From the NCBI GenBank assembly GCA_964057225.1, contig OZ059894.1, forward strand, positions 13,764,001 through 13,828,000: a stretch of 64,000 bases of DNA. The letters are read 5' to 3'. The stretch's first letter is position 1; each line of letters opens with the position of its first letter. The notes beneath the pieces are model-generated. The model saw only the letters and a list, made by a program, of their open reading frames with translations, made no database searches and was not told the DNA's origin. The stretch comes from Auanema rhodensis (taxonomy: Eukaryota > Animalia > Nematoda). The translations under genes and the position numbers were made by a program. Below are positions 23,101 through 38,545 of this stretch, piece after piece.

Positions 23101-26048
23101 TGGCGATGAACTTGCTTCATTGCTGTCTTCAAGATAAATGAATAAACTGTTCAACTGCTGCTGTGACAGATGACTTTCTATAATAGAAAATAGGCTGAGC
23201 GGGGATTTAATGATAAGTTCGTAAGAAGTTAATACTTTAAAGAAGATCGCAAGTTACTCATCTATGTTTCTCTCTTCATCTTTGATATATACACTCTAAT
23301 TCTCTTTACTATCTCAATATCTATTTCTCTTTCTTCCTATATCACAACGAATAAGCACATTGACTTGCTTGACGGAGAGACCCAAATAGCTCTGCTGTCG
23401 TCTCGGGCTGGCTTACACTAAAATGGGCGCTCATCTGTTGGTGTAAAGCTGTTTTGGGAGCTTTCTCATCTCTCTCCTGTCTTCTGTTAGAGAAGCTCTT
23501 CCAATTTCATGTTTGAAAAAGAGCAAAAGCAAAATCGGGGCCATCTTAAACGTGTATTAGAAAAAATTCACAATTTCATTGTAAGTTACTATGGCGATAT
23601 GACATCATCAAGATGTATCATGTGTTGCAAGTCGTTGTGGATGTTATTGCTAATCAGACTTGAGTAAAATCTATCTACAACGATATCATGGCTGATACAC
23701 ACACAGACAGACGGCAATAGCGGCAGACGTCGTTTCAGGTATATGTCACCACTCACGATATATGTGGGGGATGTATTCGAACGAACAAAGCAGTAGCAAG
23801 AAATAGTAGGAAAATAAGCGTCAAGAGCACGTTTTGAATTTTGTTTGACAACTGTTTCTATTCGTTCGAGGCTAACGCCTGACGACTTGTTAGCTATAAG
23901 TTCAGAATGGAAACATTCTCATTTTACTTTATGCGTTAGTATAGGGCAAAGCAGGGGCTGGCTGATAACTCATCTTCTTCTTTTTCACCTTTTTCTTTCT
24001 TCTTCTGCTGATTGTCATCTCCAAGGGCGAAGTTAAATGGAAGAACTGATGATCACGATTTTATGAAGAGAGCAAGATTATTTGGGACGAGCAGTAGAAA
24101 GAAACCGGTCCTAAAGGGAAAAGCACCATCCGCAGAATCTTGTGCCAATTGTCTCTTGACTGCTCTCACACGGCATATTTAGACAAGTTGAGCAAGGGGC
24201 TTTTTTTTAAAAAAAGAAGTAGAAGAAATAATAGCTGACATTGATCTTTAGCAATATTCATCATGCTCTCTTTTCAGGCTTCAATCGCAAGCTTCTTACC
24301 AACAATGGTTCCAAGTACTTTGTTCACACAGTACAATGAAGATGAATATAATGCAAGTTGATCTCTTTAATCTATTATGAATTTCCAGCTTGTAGACGAA
24401 TCAACGTTTATATTTTTAGGCTGACAGTGGAGATGATACTGACAGTGAAGAGCCATGTGAAGTTAAAGAAGAACCAGATGAATCAAAAGACTTGAGTACG
24501 TTTTCCGTTTTTGTTTTGAACATGGGTGCACCTATCTTTTCTTCTTTCGTCCACTACCGGATTGGACTGTTTTCCTTTCCGGGAGGTTGACGACTTCCTG
24601 TCCTAGCGATATCTGTTTAGGGAAGGAAGAAAAAGCTACAAATAAGATAGAAATTTTCGCAAAAGACTAAGAGATGAGAAAGAAAGATTTGAAGGATAGA
24701 AGAGAAATGATGAGAGAAATCGCTAGAAGGGAGTCTGTATACTGTGTGTATATATGTATGTCTCTCCTATGTGTGCGTGTCTTCTCAAGACATGGAGGCA
24801 AAAGAGGCAAGAAGAGGCTTCTCCTCTCTCTATTTGCCTATTTTCGGTCGGACCTACAGACAAGATTCAACAGCCAATTCCTTCTGTCTGTTCCAATACA
24901 GTTGAGAATGAGATAGGAAATAAAAAGTGCAGAATAGTAGGAAACGAAACCTATTGAGGGAGTGAAAATTTTAATTTTTTCAAGAAAAAAAATTTTAATC
25001 TAAAATTATCTATTTAAATATTTCATAATTATTTATTTACAGCTAATGCTGCTGATGTTGAAGCTAAACGTCAACAGACTTTGAAGGAAGTTCTCAAAGC
25101 TGCAGCTAACCACCGCCAGCAACAAATGAAAAAGGCTAAGATGTCGTCATCGCCAGTTTCTGAATCACCTCAACTTCAACAGCAACAACAGACAATGAAA
25201 TCCATCTTGACATCATCTGCTAATAACTCCTTTATTGCTCCATTCCTTTTATCGGGTAAGAATCCAATCTGGTATCCATACATTCCACAAGAGACGAACC
25301 AACGTAGTTTCTATCAAAATCCGCATGCAAATTTACCCCTCCTATACCCTCTAATAAGAAAATATAATCAAAATCTTCAACAAGGTTTACATTATGCTTG
25401 ACTTTATATTCTGGTGACCATCGTTGATTCAGTTCTAGGAATGACGAATGCAGCTGCATCAACCTCTTCTTCTTCTTGCTCTACCTCTATCACCCCAACT
25501 TCTCTTTTATCACTGTCACAGCAACTCCTGAACGCACCTCAATCCCCTACAGACAGTAACACTTATGAAGGTTTGCACATAATATCATCTATCACTTCTA
25601 ATCTACGTTAGCCAGCTATTTCTTTATTTCTTATTAATCCACTTTTTCCTTTTCTTTTGCATTTTATTGGATAGGAAATAACGAAATAGCTTCATATTGT
25701 GAGGCTTTTTGACACTCAGACGTTTGCATGATACGTCGAAGCACGGCTTTTTTCCCTATTTTGTTAGCCTGAGTATTCAAAAAGCTTCATAAGGCTTACG
25801 CTTCATATGTTTATGGTATCAATATTGAAAATTTCTTTGTTTTAGGTGGTGCTAATGCTAACAGTTTACTGATAAATGGAGCAAAAAATGCAGATGAGGC
25901 TGCAACTCCCAACCCACTCTTTTCGTTCCCATTTCATTTCAATTTTCAACAGGTTTGTTATCACCTAACCTTTTATCTCATATATAAATTAATGATTTAG
26001 TTGATGGAATCAGCAACTATGCCAGCTCAGGGCAGCAGTACAGACTAG
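20136..26048 (+). CDS. unc-120: SRF-class MADS-box transcription factor
   Basis: MADS box GKKTKGRVKIKMEYIGNKLRRYTTFSKRKTGIMKKAYELSTLTGTQVMLLVASETGHVYTFAT, followed by the SAM region GKALIQSCLN. Later exons at about 20942-21047, 24278-24352, 24420-24496, 25042-25255, 25439-25570, 25846-25952 and 26001-26048. Confidence 0.95.
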
Positions 26049-28300
26049 GATTTTGAATAAAGCTATACATTGCTGATCAAATGTGATAGGCATGATCCCC
26101 TCATCATAACGTCATGTCAATGTATTACCTAAATATGCTAGCACAGTTATGAAAATGCAATCAACGTCTTCATCTTCTGAGAGTTAGATGTTTGTATTTT
26201 CTTTTTGGTCGGCTGATTTATTTATTTAATCTTCTAAAATAAACTGAAGAACCTTACATGTTATGCTACTGTCAGCCCAACCCACATTTCAGTCATTGAT
26301 TTCAAGTAATTTTAATATAAATATATTATGATTAGAGTTAAAGAAAGCATTTAAAATGTCATTTTGAATATTTTCCATCTTTTGTTTTTCTTTAAAACTT
26401 TTTATAAGCATTTTCATACAAAATATATTATATACATTGTATATATGTATATTACTTATTAATGGGCTGGACAGAGCATTACAAATGAGTTTTTTTTGTT
26501 AATTTTCTTTATATAGGAAGAGATAATCATTTATAGCATTTGTATATAACTATGACCTATTCAATATTTTGTCTCTACTGCCCCAACAGTCTATCACGAA
26601 TACGATAGATTCAGTCCAAATGAAAGCTTTACTAATCGGTTACTAAAAACAAATTTCTCGCCGTCTTTTCAGGACCCACGTACTTCTCTCTCCCTCTCTC
26701 TCTTCTTTTTTCTTCTGTTATATTTGTTCTGTTAAATTTAAAATAAAAATAGTAGAGTATAGGCCAATATGGCTTCCGGTAGTAGTCATCATTTTGGGTG
26801 TGTTTCTTTGTTTTTCATGTAATATTCAATTTGATAGACAATGCTTGTTTCTTTTATCATACTTTAAACTATATTCACCTTTCTTTTCCGCCCATTCGTA
26901 ACATAGTATATTTGAGAAGGTTGCCTTTATTGTATCCCTCTTCGAGTGTCTTTTGCCCTCAAGTGCCTTTACTTTGCGAGAATGACAATAATGTATAATG
27001 TGAAGACTAATATTAATGAATTTCATTTTTTAAGAACATTAAAAGACATTAATTTCAATATATGTGACTCTGTTTCTGTAACTTTAGACCATAAAATATA
27101 AAGATCTTAATCTTGTTTTTTCTTTAAGTTTATGTTCGTGACGTGTGAAAGCTCCCAGCTCTGACCTCGCCTCCGGCAACTTTAACATTAAGGCGATAAA
27201 GGGCATTTACCGCATTCAAATATATGCGAATGTCGTATTTCATATATTATAATCGTGAGAAGCATGTATATAACTATACATTACAAAAAGGAAAATACTT
27301 AAGTTACACAAAAAATCTTTAAAAAAACATCAAAATACTTTCTACAAACTCTAATTTTAAAACTCTAAACTAATGCCAACCGTTGATGCACCGCATATCA
27401 ACTTTTGAGATAAAAATAAAATTTGAATTATTATGATCAAAAGTTCTTATGATTCTGAAGTAAACTGAGTGTTAATACATTGAATACATCAAGTGTTGAA
27501 ATAAGTTTCGGCTAGTTAAAAGAAAGAGAGAAGAGAGAAAGCAAAGAATATATGATATTCAAATTATAACAAGATACTAACTACCTAACCCACGGAATAC
27601 AAGTATAAATGCTACAGTGCAAAATAACCGCGCTTCATAGTACAACTATGATGGACGAATACAGGTCTAGATACGCATGCTTCTAAATCTAACTATATCA
27701 ACAGCAAATATGAAACAAAAAAAAAGAACTATAACTCACACTTAACTTTTCATTGCTATGCAAGGATAGGAATATGCGAGAATAATCGCAGAACAAAACA
27801 ACAACAAGTCCTTCTACATTGAATCTTAAGATCAATTAAGGGTAAGGGAACAGGGATAAAAAAAGTATAGCAACAACATGTTTATCTAATATCAGTAGTA
27901 AGGTTATATGAAAGAATCTACACGTTTCTTATAAATGAAGGCCTAATTTAAGCCGTGACTACTAATTAGGGGGACTAGAGGAAATGTTAGCAGTTTCATG
28001 AGCTAATCCATACAAATTCACCTTGCTAGGCTTTGCAAATACAAGAAAACTTCAGAGAGGAAAAGGAAGGTTTAAGGAGATTTTAAACGTAAAAATGTTT
28101 GGATGTGGAAAAGTGTGAAAACAGTTTGATGGAAAATTGTGTACAGTAGCATAAAACAAAAAACAAATCCAGTTAAACTAAAGTAACAAATACGCTGCGT
28201 TTGGACAGCAATTAATGATATAATAGCAGCATTACTATGCCGAATGCGGAATTGGCAAGCCCTTATTTTCTTAAAATCACGTCGTCGTATACACAGAGAA

Positions 28301-30149
28301 TCAAGCAATTAATGGCATGGTATGAAAATTGGCTACAGCATAGGTACCTGTGGTCATCCACTGGTAATCATCTCCATAACGAGATAATACATGATCAACC
28401 ACAGAACGGTCTAATCCCACAACTGTTTCAGATTTCAATGTTCGAAGAGCAAGGAAGGGAGCAATTTTGAAATTCCCAATTGCATTCTAAATTCAATTTG
28501 AAATGATAAACTTAAGTAAGTCATACCTTTAACGGTGTTTCATAATTCCAATCGCGATCTTCTACTAGTTTTCTATAGTTTAAATCTCCCTTCAGAACAA
28601 CCAAAGAAGAATTTCCAAGATCCTATATTCAGAAATTATTCAAAAACTATCTGAATTGTGATTACCGAATAAAGTGAAGGAGCCCTTGTTGGCATTTCTG
28701 TATAAGCAAATGGTAAGGTCCAAAAATTCTCACAATGGAATTCATAAACCTTCTAAAATATAATTTAACTTTAATGAATTTTTAGAAAAAACTAACATTA
28801 TCTAGTCGTTCCTTAATAACGGAAGCAAATCTTTGACAATCTTCTCGAACTGCACCTTTTTTGTCTTTTAGTTCAGAAATTGCTTTGATAGTCCAGGATA
28901 AATCATCAGGAGTAGTATCGGAAACAAACCACGGAATTCTCTGAAATAGATCTTCTTCAGTACCCGATAAACAAATAAAATTTTTACTTTTCCATGGAAA
29001 ACAACTTTATCTACGAGACCCATTGTTACGAGGTAATCAGCAAATGTCAAGTCACCAGCCAATTCGACGCCACAATTATCAAGAATAATATCTATTCTTC
29101 GAACATCTCCATTCTTAGGTCTGAAATAAGGATTGATGAAACAAATGAAATAATAATAAAATTACTTGATGTCAATTATATATTGGATAACCTCAGGCAA
29201 ATCGTTGATGAGAATATACTTATCACGGGCCTCTAAATCTTGAGATGTTTCGTCCTTAAAAAAATTAAATTAAAACAATTAACAATTCTACAACTTACAA
29301 AAAGTGATGCGATACCCCCCGATAATGATAAATCGGATCTGTTCCCCCAGAGACAGATCTATAAGCAGGCATATAACACTTTAAAAAATAAATAAAAATT
29401 ACCTGTAGTAAGGACATTAAGGATAGTTTAAACTTAGCTGGACCTTTACCAAGGGCAATAAATTTATTTAAATCTTCTATCCCTAATATTATTTGATCAG
29501 CACTAAAAATACAGAAAAGACTTTAAGTAATGTTGAAGTTCACTTACTGAGTATGAAAAGCTGCCGTTTTTTGATGGAAAAAGTAGTCATGACCCTTCAG
29601 TAGATTGGTTTCGAAAACAAAGCCGAACATCAAACGATACAAGTAGCATTCAACAAATAGCCATGTTTCTTTATACCATGAGACTACTTTATCTTCAGTC
29701 TGTTAATAACACACATGTATACATGTACAAATAAAGTAAAACATTAACAGTTCTACTTACCTCGATTTCAAGTTCTCTGAGACATTCGTTCCAAATGTTA
29801 ACATCATCAAAACTATCCGTAAAGTTTTTTAAAGGCTTGTCTGTAGCCATACGATAATGTACTTCACTTAGTTTGGTTAGTACATCCTTAATATCTTGAT
29901 CAGCTTCCTGAAAATATCTTTGAATACATTTAATAGCTATATTCGTTACATTTCCATATCTTTCGAGAAGTTTTTCTCTTCCACTAGAAAAATGATCAAT
30001 AACCCGAGTCAGAATAGCGGGCCATCGTACACGGATTGTTTCGTATCGGAAAGTGCTGTAAAAGGAGAACTAATACTAAACTTGTAGAACAAAAATTACC
30101 CTTCTTTTTCCCCAGTTAGGCGAGGGGCAATGTCTTCAAGCTTGCTCAT
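28301..30149 (-). CDS. ARMT1/DUF89 damage-control phosphatase
   Basis: TFRYETIRVRWPAILTRVID, WLFVECYLYR, LWGNRSDLS, DNCGVELAGDL, PWFVSD, KGDLNYRKL and RTLKSE motifs, read across short introns. Confidence 0.93.
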
Positions 30150-32660
30150 CACAATCGAAAATCCAGTGTAAGGTTCTATAAAAGAAATTTTAATATGAAC
30201 TTAATGTAAAGCGCAATTTGTTTCCATTTGAAGGAGTGCATTAGAAACAGCACCTCTCACACTTTTCTTGTCACGGCAGTACGCAAAATGGACTACATAC
30301 GGTACACATTAATGTCTTTTTTGAAGATTTTACGTGCATAACCCAAAACTTTTTGTTTTTTTTTAATGACATCATTTTCCGCGATTATTATTTGTATTCG
30401 GTGAACTGGTCTCTACTTATTCGGTCTACAACTAACACTATTTTAAAATTTTACTTTTCAATTAAAATGAATCGAGTGATATAAGTTGTCAGCGTTTATT
30501 ATAAGAACGTTAAAGTAAATATGATAACTTTTATGAAACTGTTTATTAGGTATAATTTTACAATCATACGAATGTCTTGATACACAGACTTTAACAGTAA
30601 TCGATTTAAAAAAATGGTAAAACTTCTACTTACGTCTTACCACTCAAGCAATATATACGAGACGTTGAGTTTTTTGTTAGTTCAAATGTGCTGAGTAATT
30701 TTCTGAAGATTTAATCGTGTGCAGTCTTTCTTCCTTAATTCATATATCGTAACTGCCAATATTTCAGTATTAATACTTAGGAATCTTCTAGTTTATCCTT
30801 TCAAATTGATATGTATCGATTTGTGCTAATAATGTTCTAACTATCCTATGTAGTTCGCTTTTTGGAAAACGCAAGGTTACATATCGTTTCGTCTATGTTA
30901 TATCTCATAATAAGAAAAGTATATGGACTGCTGGTTTGCATCTTCTATTCCTTGAACAGATAGACAGGCGAAACATACGGAATTACGTGTATAATATTAT
31001 TACATTACATATTTTAAAAGCTATAGCTTTTTATTATTTAAAATAAACATTTTTCCTCAGAAAGAAAGCTTTAAATATATGTTCTCTTCCCGAAAAATTT
31101 TGTAATAATACAATAACTATCATACAATTCTATATCAGCTGGTATTATAAAATACAAAGTGCAGACCTTTCCTCAGTCTCTTGTATCCTCTTTAAATTTC
31201 ATTAAAATATATCATCTTTAATATGTCAATAACACTTATATATCAGTCTACTCTAGTCATAATACTTTTCTCATTAGATACATATGTTTGTAATGTATTT
31301 TGGATTATAACAAGAGAAAATGCATTATCATATCAAGAAAGTTCACAATTTATCATTTTTATGCATTTTTTTTATTAAAACAAACAAAACCATTTCTTTT
31401 TTGCCAATTGTAAATTCCTAAGAATAAAAGACTGTATAAGATTTATTGGGGAAGAAATCATTAATTTGTTCCTTTTTTGTAATTAAACTCTTATTCTTCA
31501 TATAATACAGTTAAAATAAAAAACATCGATTTAAAGCTTTTATTTCATTTGGTTTCCATTAGAGCGGAAACCAGGAGGATCCGACTAAAATTTGTCAATC
31601 CAGTTATTGGATTGTTGAAAACTACAGCTTTATACACAAACCAAATATAGAGATAATAGAAGAAATATCAGGCTAATATAACTAAAATAGACTATAACAA
31701 TGCTTATTATGATAAGAGTGAGAATTGAACATAAAATATGCTTTGACTATGTACAGGTTTTATGATGATGGTGCCCAGCACACAATCAAGTAGTGAGAAA
31801 TAAGGAAAAAAGCTCAATAATCCATATAATTTAGTATGCTGAGACATGCCAAGAGTTCGACAAAAGAGAAAAAAAACATACAAAATAGATATGAAGATAT
31901 GAGGCAACTCTTCAATATCATTCCATTGCAAGCATAGGCGTTGATTTTGATTGCGACTGAAACACCGATGAAACTTACATGCTATCTCTTGAGAAGAGAA
32001 GAATGTTTAAAAAATGTTGGGGAAATGCTTAGAAAAACTAAATACACAACCGATCATGAGAGAAACAATCTGGGATTGAGATAACACACGTATTTTGAGA
32101 GTATAAAGGGTAAAAGAAGGTAAATAGGAGATAGTTTCAGTATGAATAAGCCCGAAAAGTTTAGTTAAGTGGTAAACTCAGGAATAGGCCCGGTCGACTA
32201 ATCTCAGCTAATGATTTTAGTTTAGTTAGGAAATAAATTTCTTTGGGGGGAATGTGTCAACACAGTAGACAATACTGTTTTCTGAATTTGTATCTTTCAC
32301 TCATGAATCTCAAAATTTCAAAATTTTAGTTTTTTCTATGCATTAGAAGATTCTAGAAATGCTTTGTAAATGGCATACCTAAAGTGGAAGGTCGATTAAA
32401 AAGCATTGAGAGAAAAGAAGTTTGAAAATCAGAAAAACAAATGCTCGCATAAAGAATTTTGATTAGAGTATTAAGATGTTGATTAAAACCTTTTGAAAAT
32501 GAATATCATAAAGGTGGTATACTCGTAGTCATTGAATCAGCTCGTACATATTAACTGCTTAAGTTGTGGGAGATAATTTAAGAGAAAAAAAATGATATTA
32601 TGTGCATTGGGAGATATTTTGAGTAAACACAATTAAAAAAGAAGGGTAAAATAGACGTAT

Positions 32661-32667
<7 letters not shown>

Positions 32668-32718
<51 letters not shown>
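32668..32718 (+). repeat. (GA)n microsatellite
   Basis: About 25 perfect GA units, just downstream of the crm-1 stop codon. Confidence 0.95.
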
Positions 32719-32722
<4 letters not shown>

Positions 32723-32885
32723 AGGAAAAAAAGACTGAGAGAAGTTTGCAATAGAACAAAGCTTTCGGCAAAGCATGACCATAATGACACATATCGAAGA
32801 GTTGAGAAAAATTTAATTTTTCTCAACTGGGAGAAAAATTAGAAAACGTTGATTTTAATTTGAATTTAAGAGATACGTTGTATAT

Positions 32886-35800
32886 CTAAACATTAAAATC
32901 ATGATGCTTAGACTTTGAAGATGCTCCATTGGCCCTTGTAGTTAAGGGGATAGTGTCTGGCTGAGGACCAATTCCAGATGATAGCGATGAAACTGCAGTT
33001 GATGTATCGGAACTGTAATCGAAAATTATAAGTGAAGTTAAGCGTCTATTAATATCTTACGCAGTAGACAGGAGGCTTTCTGACTGCCCATCTGAATGGG
33101 AATCATGTCGTGTTTTGCCCGACCAATCATCCAAATGAGGAGATGATCCAATATGTTTCGTTGCTGATAATCGAACCGATGAATCCTTGATTAAATGAGG
33201 CTATAAAAGATTTAGATGCTGAATTATTAGATACAACATCTGATCGTTACCTTGCTATTAAAGCGGCTTCTCTTGTAGAGAATCAACAGCAGAACCAGTA
33301 AGCCCAAAACAGAAAGAAAGGCTAAAAGTGTTAAACCAACAAAAGAAAGGCTAATGATACTATGAGGATGATTTATAGATCCACTATTTCCTTCACTTAA
33401 CAATAAAGGTTCAACATCTATAAATTTCATTATAAAATAGTTAAAAGATATGTATAACCTTTACAAAGAGGACAACATTGGCCATCTATCGGAACTGGAT
33501 CAGCGCAAGGTGGACAAACGGTTTCTTTGCAAATAGTTTGTCCTCTAGCAACACAAGAACATTTGAGACAGTCACCATCCTTAAATATATCAGTCAATAA
33601 CTTTAACATATAGAAGTCTAGTTTACCCTCCATTCTTCGTTTACAGAATAAACAGATGATTTATATGTACAGACATCCGCAGAAGATAAAGCATCTATGA
33701 AAAATCATTACAGTTTAATTTAAAAAGTGAAATTTACCTGAGCAAATGGGACAACATCTTCCTTTTATAACCAATGGTGTTCCTTTACAAATTGTTACAT
33801 TGTCACATGATTCGCGAAAGCAGACAACATGACCATTCTTCAAACAAGTACAAGATGTACAATCATCAGTACGCCAATCTGATGCTAAAAAGTTTTATCT
33901 TCGTTTATTAGAATATGTAAGCGAGCTTCACCGTATTTATGAACTGCTCCATTTTCGTCAGTACAAACAGTTGATACATCAGATTTCGCAAGCACCGTGG
34001 AGTTTTCAGATTGACATCTTAAATGAAAAAGTTTAAAAAATTTTAATAGTACTTTTTATACCTTGGGCAACACTGATCGTTTGGTAAGAGAACTGGACTT
34101 TTACAAGCTATAGGTGGACATTCTAAAGTATGACACAACACATGACCAACTCTGCAAGTGCAAGATATGCATGGAGCAAGCTGCCACGTTTCGCCATCTG
34201 TATAAAACATTTTACTCAATTTTTGGAATGTTAACTCCAACCTGTAAAGAGACGTCCAGTTCCTGGAGATTGGCATACAGTATGTTCATGCTTATTCAAT
34301 GGAGCAGGAGTGAGTTGAGATGTGGTACATGTTGGGCAACAATCATCTTCAAAACAATTGAGATAGCATATATTGAACAGAATAAATTAAAGCAAAATAC
34401 CTTCTTTCTGAATCCAGTTCTCATCAGCACACTCAGCTGGTTTTGGCGGACACGATATTAAAGAACAATATTCCTTAAAAAAATGAATGAAAATACTAAT
34501 TTAAAATAATTATATAAATACCTGTTTCTGCTCACAGAAACAATGTCTACAACCATCATTCCACCATTCACCACCATCACGCTCAATAACCTAATATATA
34601 TGTATATACATAGATATTGTTAAAATATTTATAAATATAAAAAAGTATTGTTTACCTTTCCATTACGCGTCATCGAAATGCATTTATCCCATCCTGTCAG
34701 CTTTCCAATTTTATCGGTGATTGTTAGCTTTGCTTCAATTCGAGACATAGCTTAAGCAATATATTTACACATTAGCTAACTATTTTTTATTATTACCTCG
34801 ACATTTACAAACGGGGCATCCGACAGAATTAGCTTCGAAACCGTATAAGCAATGTTTGAAGCATTGATGTAGTGGAGGGCATTTAGCACATCGGCATACC
34901 CCACAACCAACTGAATCTTTAAGGTATCCATGAGCACATTGTCTTAAACAATTAAAATTTGTATTATAATTTTAATTAGAAGAATATATATTTAAGAAAA
35001 GGCTAAATATCTTACTTATCACATGTTTCTTTGCTGAGTTCTGGACAATCATTTCGTTTTGGATGTTCTGCTGGTAAACATCGACATTCGAAACATCCTC
35101 TTAAAATATAAAAATATTAGTTTCAAACAAAAACAAATTTTGATATTGTACCTGTCATCTCTTTGTAATCCATTTTCACATCGTAGAGGGCAATGATCCA
35201 ATGATGGACATGTAGCAGGTAAGGTAAGTACAGTAGGTTCTTAAATATATTAATTTCAAATTTATACATTATATATTATTCAATTACCATCACAAACAGG
35301 ACAACATTGTCCTTCAATTTTACGTGGATTTTCACAACTAACTGTACACATAAATTTTTCACAAATTGCTGTACCTTCTTCCGAGCAAGTGCATCTAGAC
35401 ATAAGTAAAATTATTAAAATATAATTGCAATTAACATTTTTTAACAACCATTCTTCACGTATATTGTTTCAAAATAAAGGATTCACGTAAGAATATACGT
35501 TACGTGTAATTGTTATAAGCTAATTATTTACTCACGTGGTACAATCGTCCTTTTGCCAAGTTTCATTTTTCTTCATTTTTTCCAATTTTTCAGTTTGACA
35601 TCCAACACATACAGGACAGCATTCGTCTTCCGGAATCATAACCCATGTGCAGTCAACTAAACATATTCAATTTCAAAATATAAATAAAGTATTTCTTTTC
35701 ATTCAAAATGACAATTATTTACCTGGTGTTTTTGGACAGGTCATCTTTCTACATACAGCAACACCTTTCTTACATTTGCATCTATCACATGCATTTGACA

Positions 35801-38513
35801 TCCATTCTTGACCATCAGAATAGACTTTTCCATCCCGCTCACACGATTTTCCCTACAATATTTTAGAATTATATCCTTGAATTTGCTCTTTAAATGTTTA
35901 TACAGATATATGAAAGATTTATGTACATATTAAAAGTTTTTTTTAATATTCTAAACGATCACAGATTCGCTTTTTCTGTATTTTCCCAGAGACTTCATTG
36001 ATACAGCGAGTAACCGTCTATTCAAACACCATTCTTTGCACAAAAAGGACTTTCTTGATCAAAAATCATAAAAAAGGCGAAAAGATAAATCTAGCTACTT
36101 GAAAAGGTCACTTGCTTGCTTCAAATTACATATATTAACGCTTTGAAGTCCAAATACTTACTAGTGCTTTGACGTCATCGTCACATTCCCACTCATCACA
36201 ACACCTTCCAGGATTTCCATTTCCTTTTCGAATAATTTTTAATTTTTTGCCTTCTGGACAAACGGCTGGTCGACATTCAGATGCTCGACAACGACATCTA
36301 AACAAATTTAAATCAGGTTTATACGTGATATTCTCACAGGAAAATATATATCTTACCCAGGGCGAACCGGACAACATCCGCCTAGTGGAACATGCTCAGC
36401 TGGTCTGATACTGTCAGCTGGGCAGTCAACTCCTTCATTCTCGTCCAGTGGCAATGGGGGGCAGTGAACAGACGCACATTCTGATTCTGAAACAAAAAAA
36501 TTTTTATACATTAGTATAATATTAACTCACGTCTCTCCCTACACTCAAAAACATCACAACATCTTCCTGGTTCTGCTCGTCCATCTTCTACAAGCACTCG
36601 CTTCTTTCCATCTTCACAAGTGGGCACAAGTGATTCGCATTTCTAAAGACAAGCACACTTTTGTTTCTCTCAAATTAAATTTTTACGAGAATAAATGGAC
36701 AGAAAGCCCAAGTTTCTCTCTTGATATGGACAATCTCACCTGTTGATCACAGTGGCAAGTACCTGGCTGACCACAACATTCTCCTGAAGGAGGAGGTAGA
36801 ATAACCAATCGTGAATCAAATGGACAATTAGGATGGAAAACAACAGAACAATTAGCTTTTAAGCATTTAGATGATGGATCTAAAAGGGCAATTAAAAAAA
36901 ATGATATCTATGAATATGAAAAGATAAGTTTTAGTAGGATAATAGAGTTCAGATGATCTCCTATTCATATCATATTCAAACATTTTTACATTTTAATCTT
37001 ACAGTAAATAAGTAAGATTTTAGCTATGCATCATATAATATGCATACGAATATTTAAATCCCTAAAAGAAGTTATTTTTATCCGATAAATATATACTACA
37101 ACAACGTTTTTTTTAATTTTTTTTGAAGTGTTTCAACCTTTTCATAACACAGTTCTCTGTTTTTTTTAAACGAAACAAAATAAATGAATAGAGTACGATT
37201 TTTCCCGTCAATTGTTAACTAAGTGCTTCCCCACAATCATATCTAACATGTTGAAAAGAGAGTTTTGTGACTTGGCAAGTAAGTCTTCGCCCCCTTTTGC
37301 TCTCACACAAAGTCTATTTGCTCGAAGCTCTGTCGTTTGTTTCACAGTCAACCTGCCTTGCATGTCGTGCTCTTTTCCCCTTCATTCTATCCTCATTTCA
37401 TCTCACTCATTGCTCTCTTCTTTTCCCCTGTTTTTCGGTTATCGCTTTACCCAAACAAAGCTAGAATAATTCGCAATCTTTGATTCTCACCTACTTACAC
37501 ATACCTTATAAGGCAAAAGAAAAAACATAAAAGAATCAAATACACGAGATTCATACAACAAAATACTTATCCTATTATTAATATTCAAACATTTCTACAA
37601 ACATTTCATCTGAAGGTCATTTTTCTCAACGAAGAGTATCGGAAAACTTTTATTTGCAAAGTACCGCATGAGGAGCTAAGAAATTATTCTCAAACAGAAG
37701 CTAAATTACTAATTTTCCTATGAGAAATTAATTTGATCACTCATAACGTTTTTATGTTGAGTTGGAAAACTAAACTTTATGCTCAGAGAGTTGTGCCAGC
37801 TAAAGCATGACTGATCAAAGTAAACACAGACAGTAAGAAAAGTGAAAGCAGATCCTGCTTTCAAGTACACTGCACACATGGGAATGTAATCGTAAAAAAA
37901 GAAAAAATGATGGAAATCCTTGCTTAAAAATTCAGCATATGCTCCAGCTTAAATATAAAGCATAAATGGTTACATAAGTACTTTTATCCAAAATATATTT
38001 AAGTAATAAAAATTAATTTCAGGTTTAAAAAACAATTATCAAGCTTGATGGGTGAAAAACTATAGATAATTTGTGTTATTGTATGCCATAAATGACAGAA
38101 AAATTACTTACAATTAATAGAAAACATATAATTTTTATAGAAAATTACATGTGTCCCTAAAAATTTTTAGGTGATGAAGGGCCAGGAAAGGTACAATATG
38201 TAATTGTATACTACTTCATCGTAATTATAATGGCCTCTCTAGTTAAATACTAAAGAAATTGCCCTTATACATGTGCACTAAACTAGAAAACAAACTACGT
38301 TTTTGCTGTAAAATTGTTAAAAACAAATATATTTTCTTATATTATATGTACTGTTGTCAATTAAGTTAAATCATGAACATTATCAAACCGATATGGATAC
38401 ATAGATACTTAGATAGGTTGAACTCTATGAGAGACAAAATCAGAGTAAAAAAGAATACAGAGAGAAATGAATATAAAGAGAGAGGGAAAGAGAGAGAGAA
38501 AGAAAGGGAGAGA

Positions 38514-38545
<32 letters not shown>

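Noticed and set aside
37495-37554. Signal-peptide-like ORF MNLVYLILLCFFFCLIR as an alternative crm-1 first exon
   Set aside because: The available donors are phase 0 or 2, but the next crm-1 exon needs phase 1.
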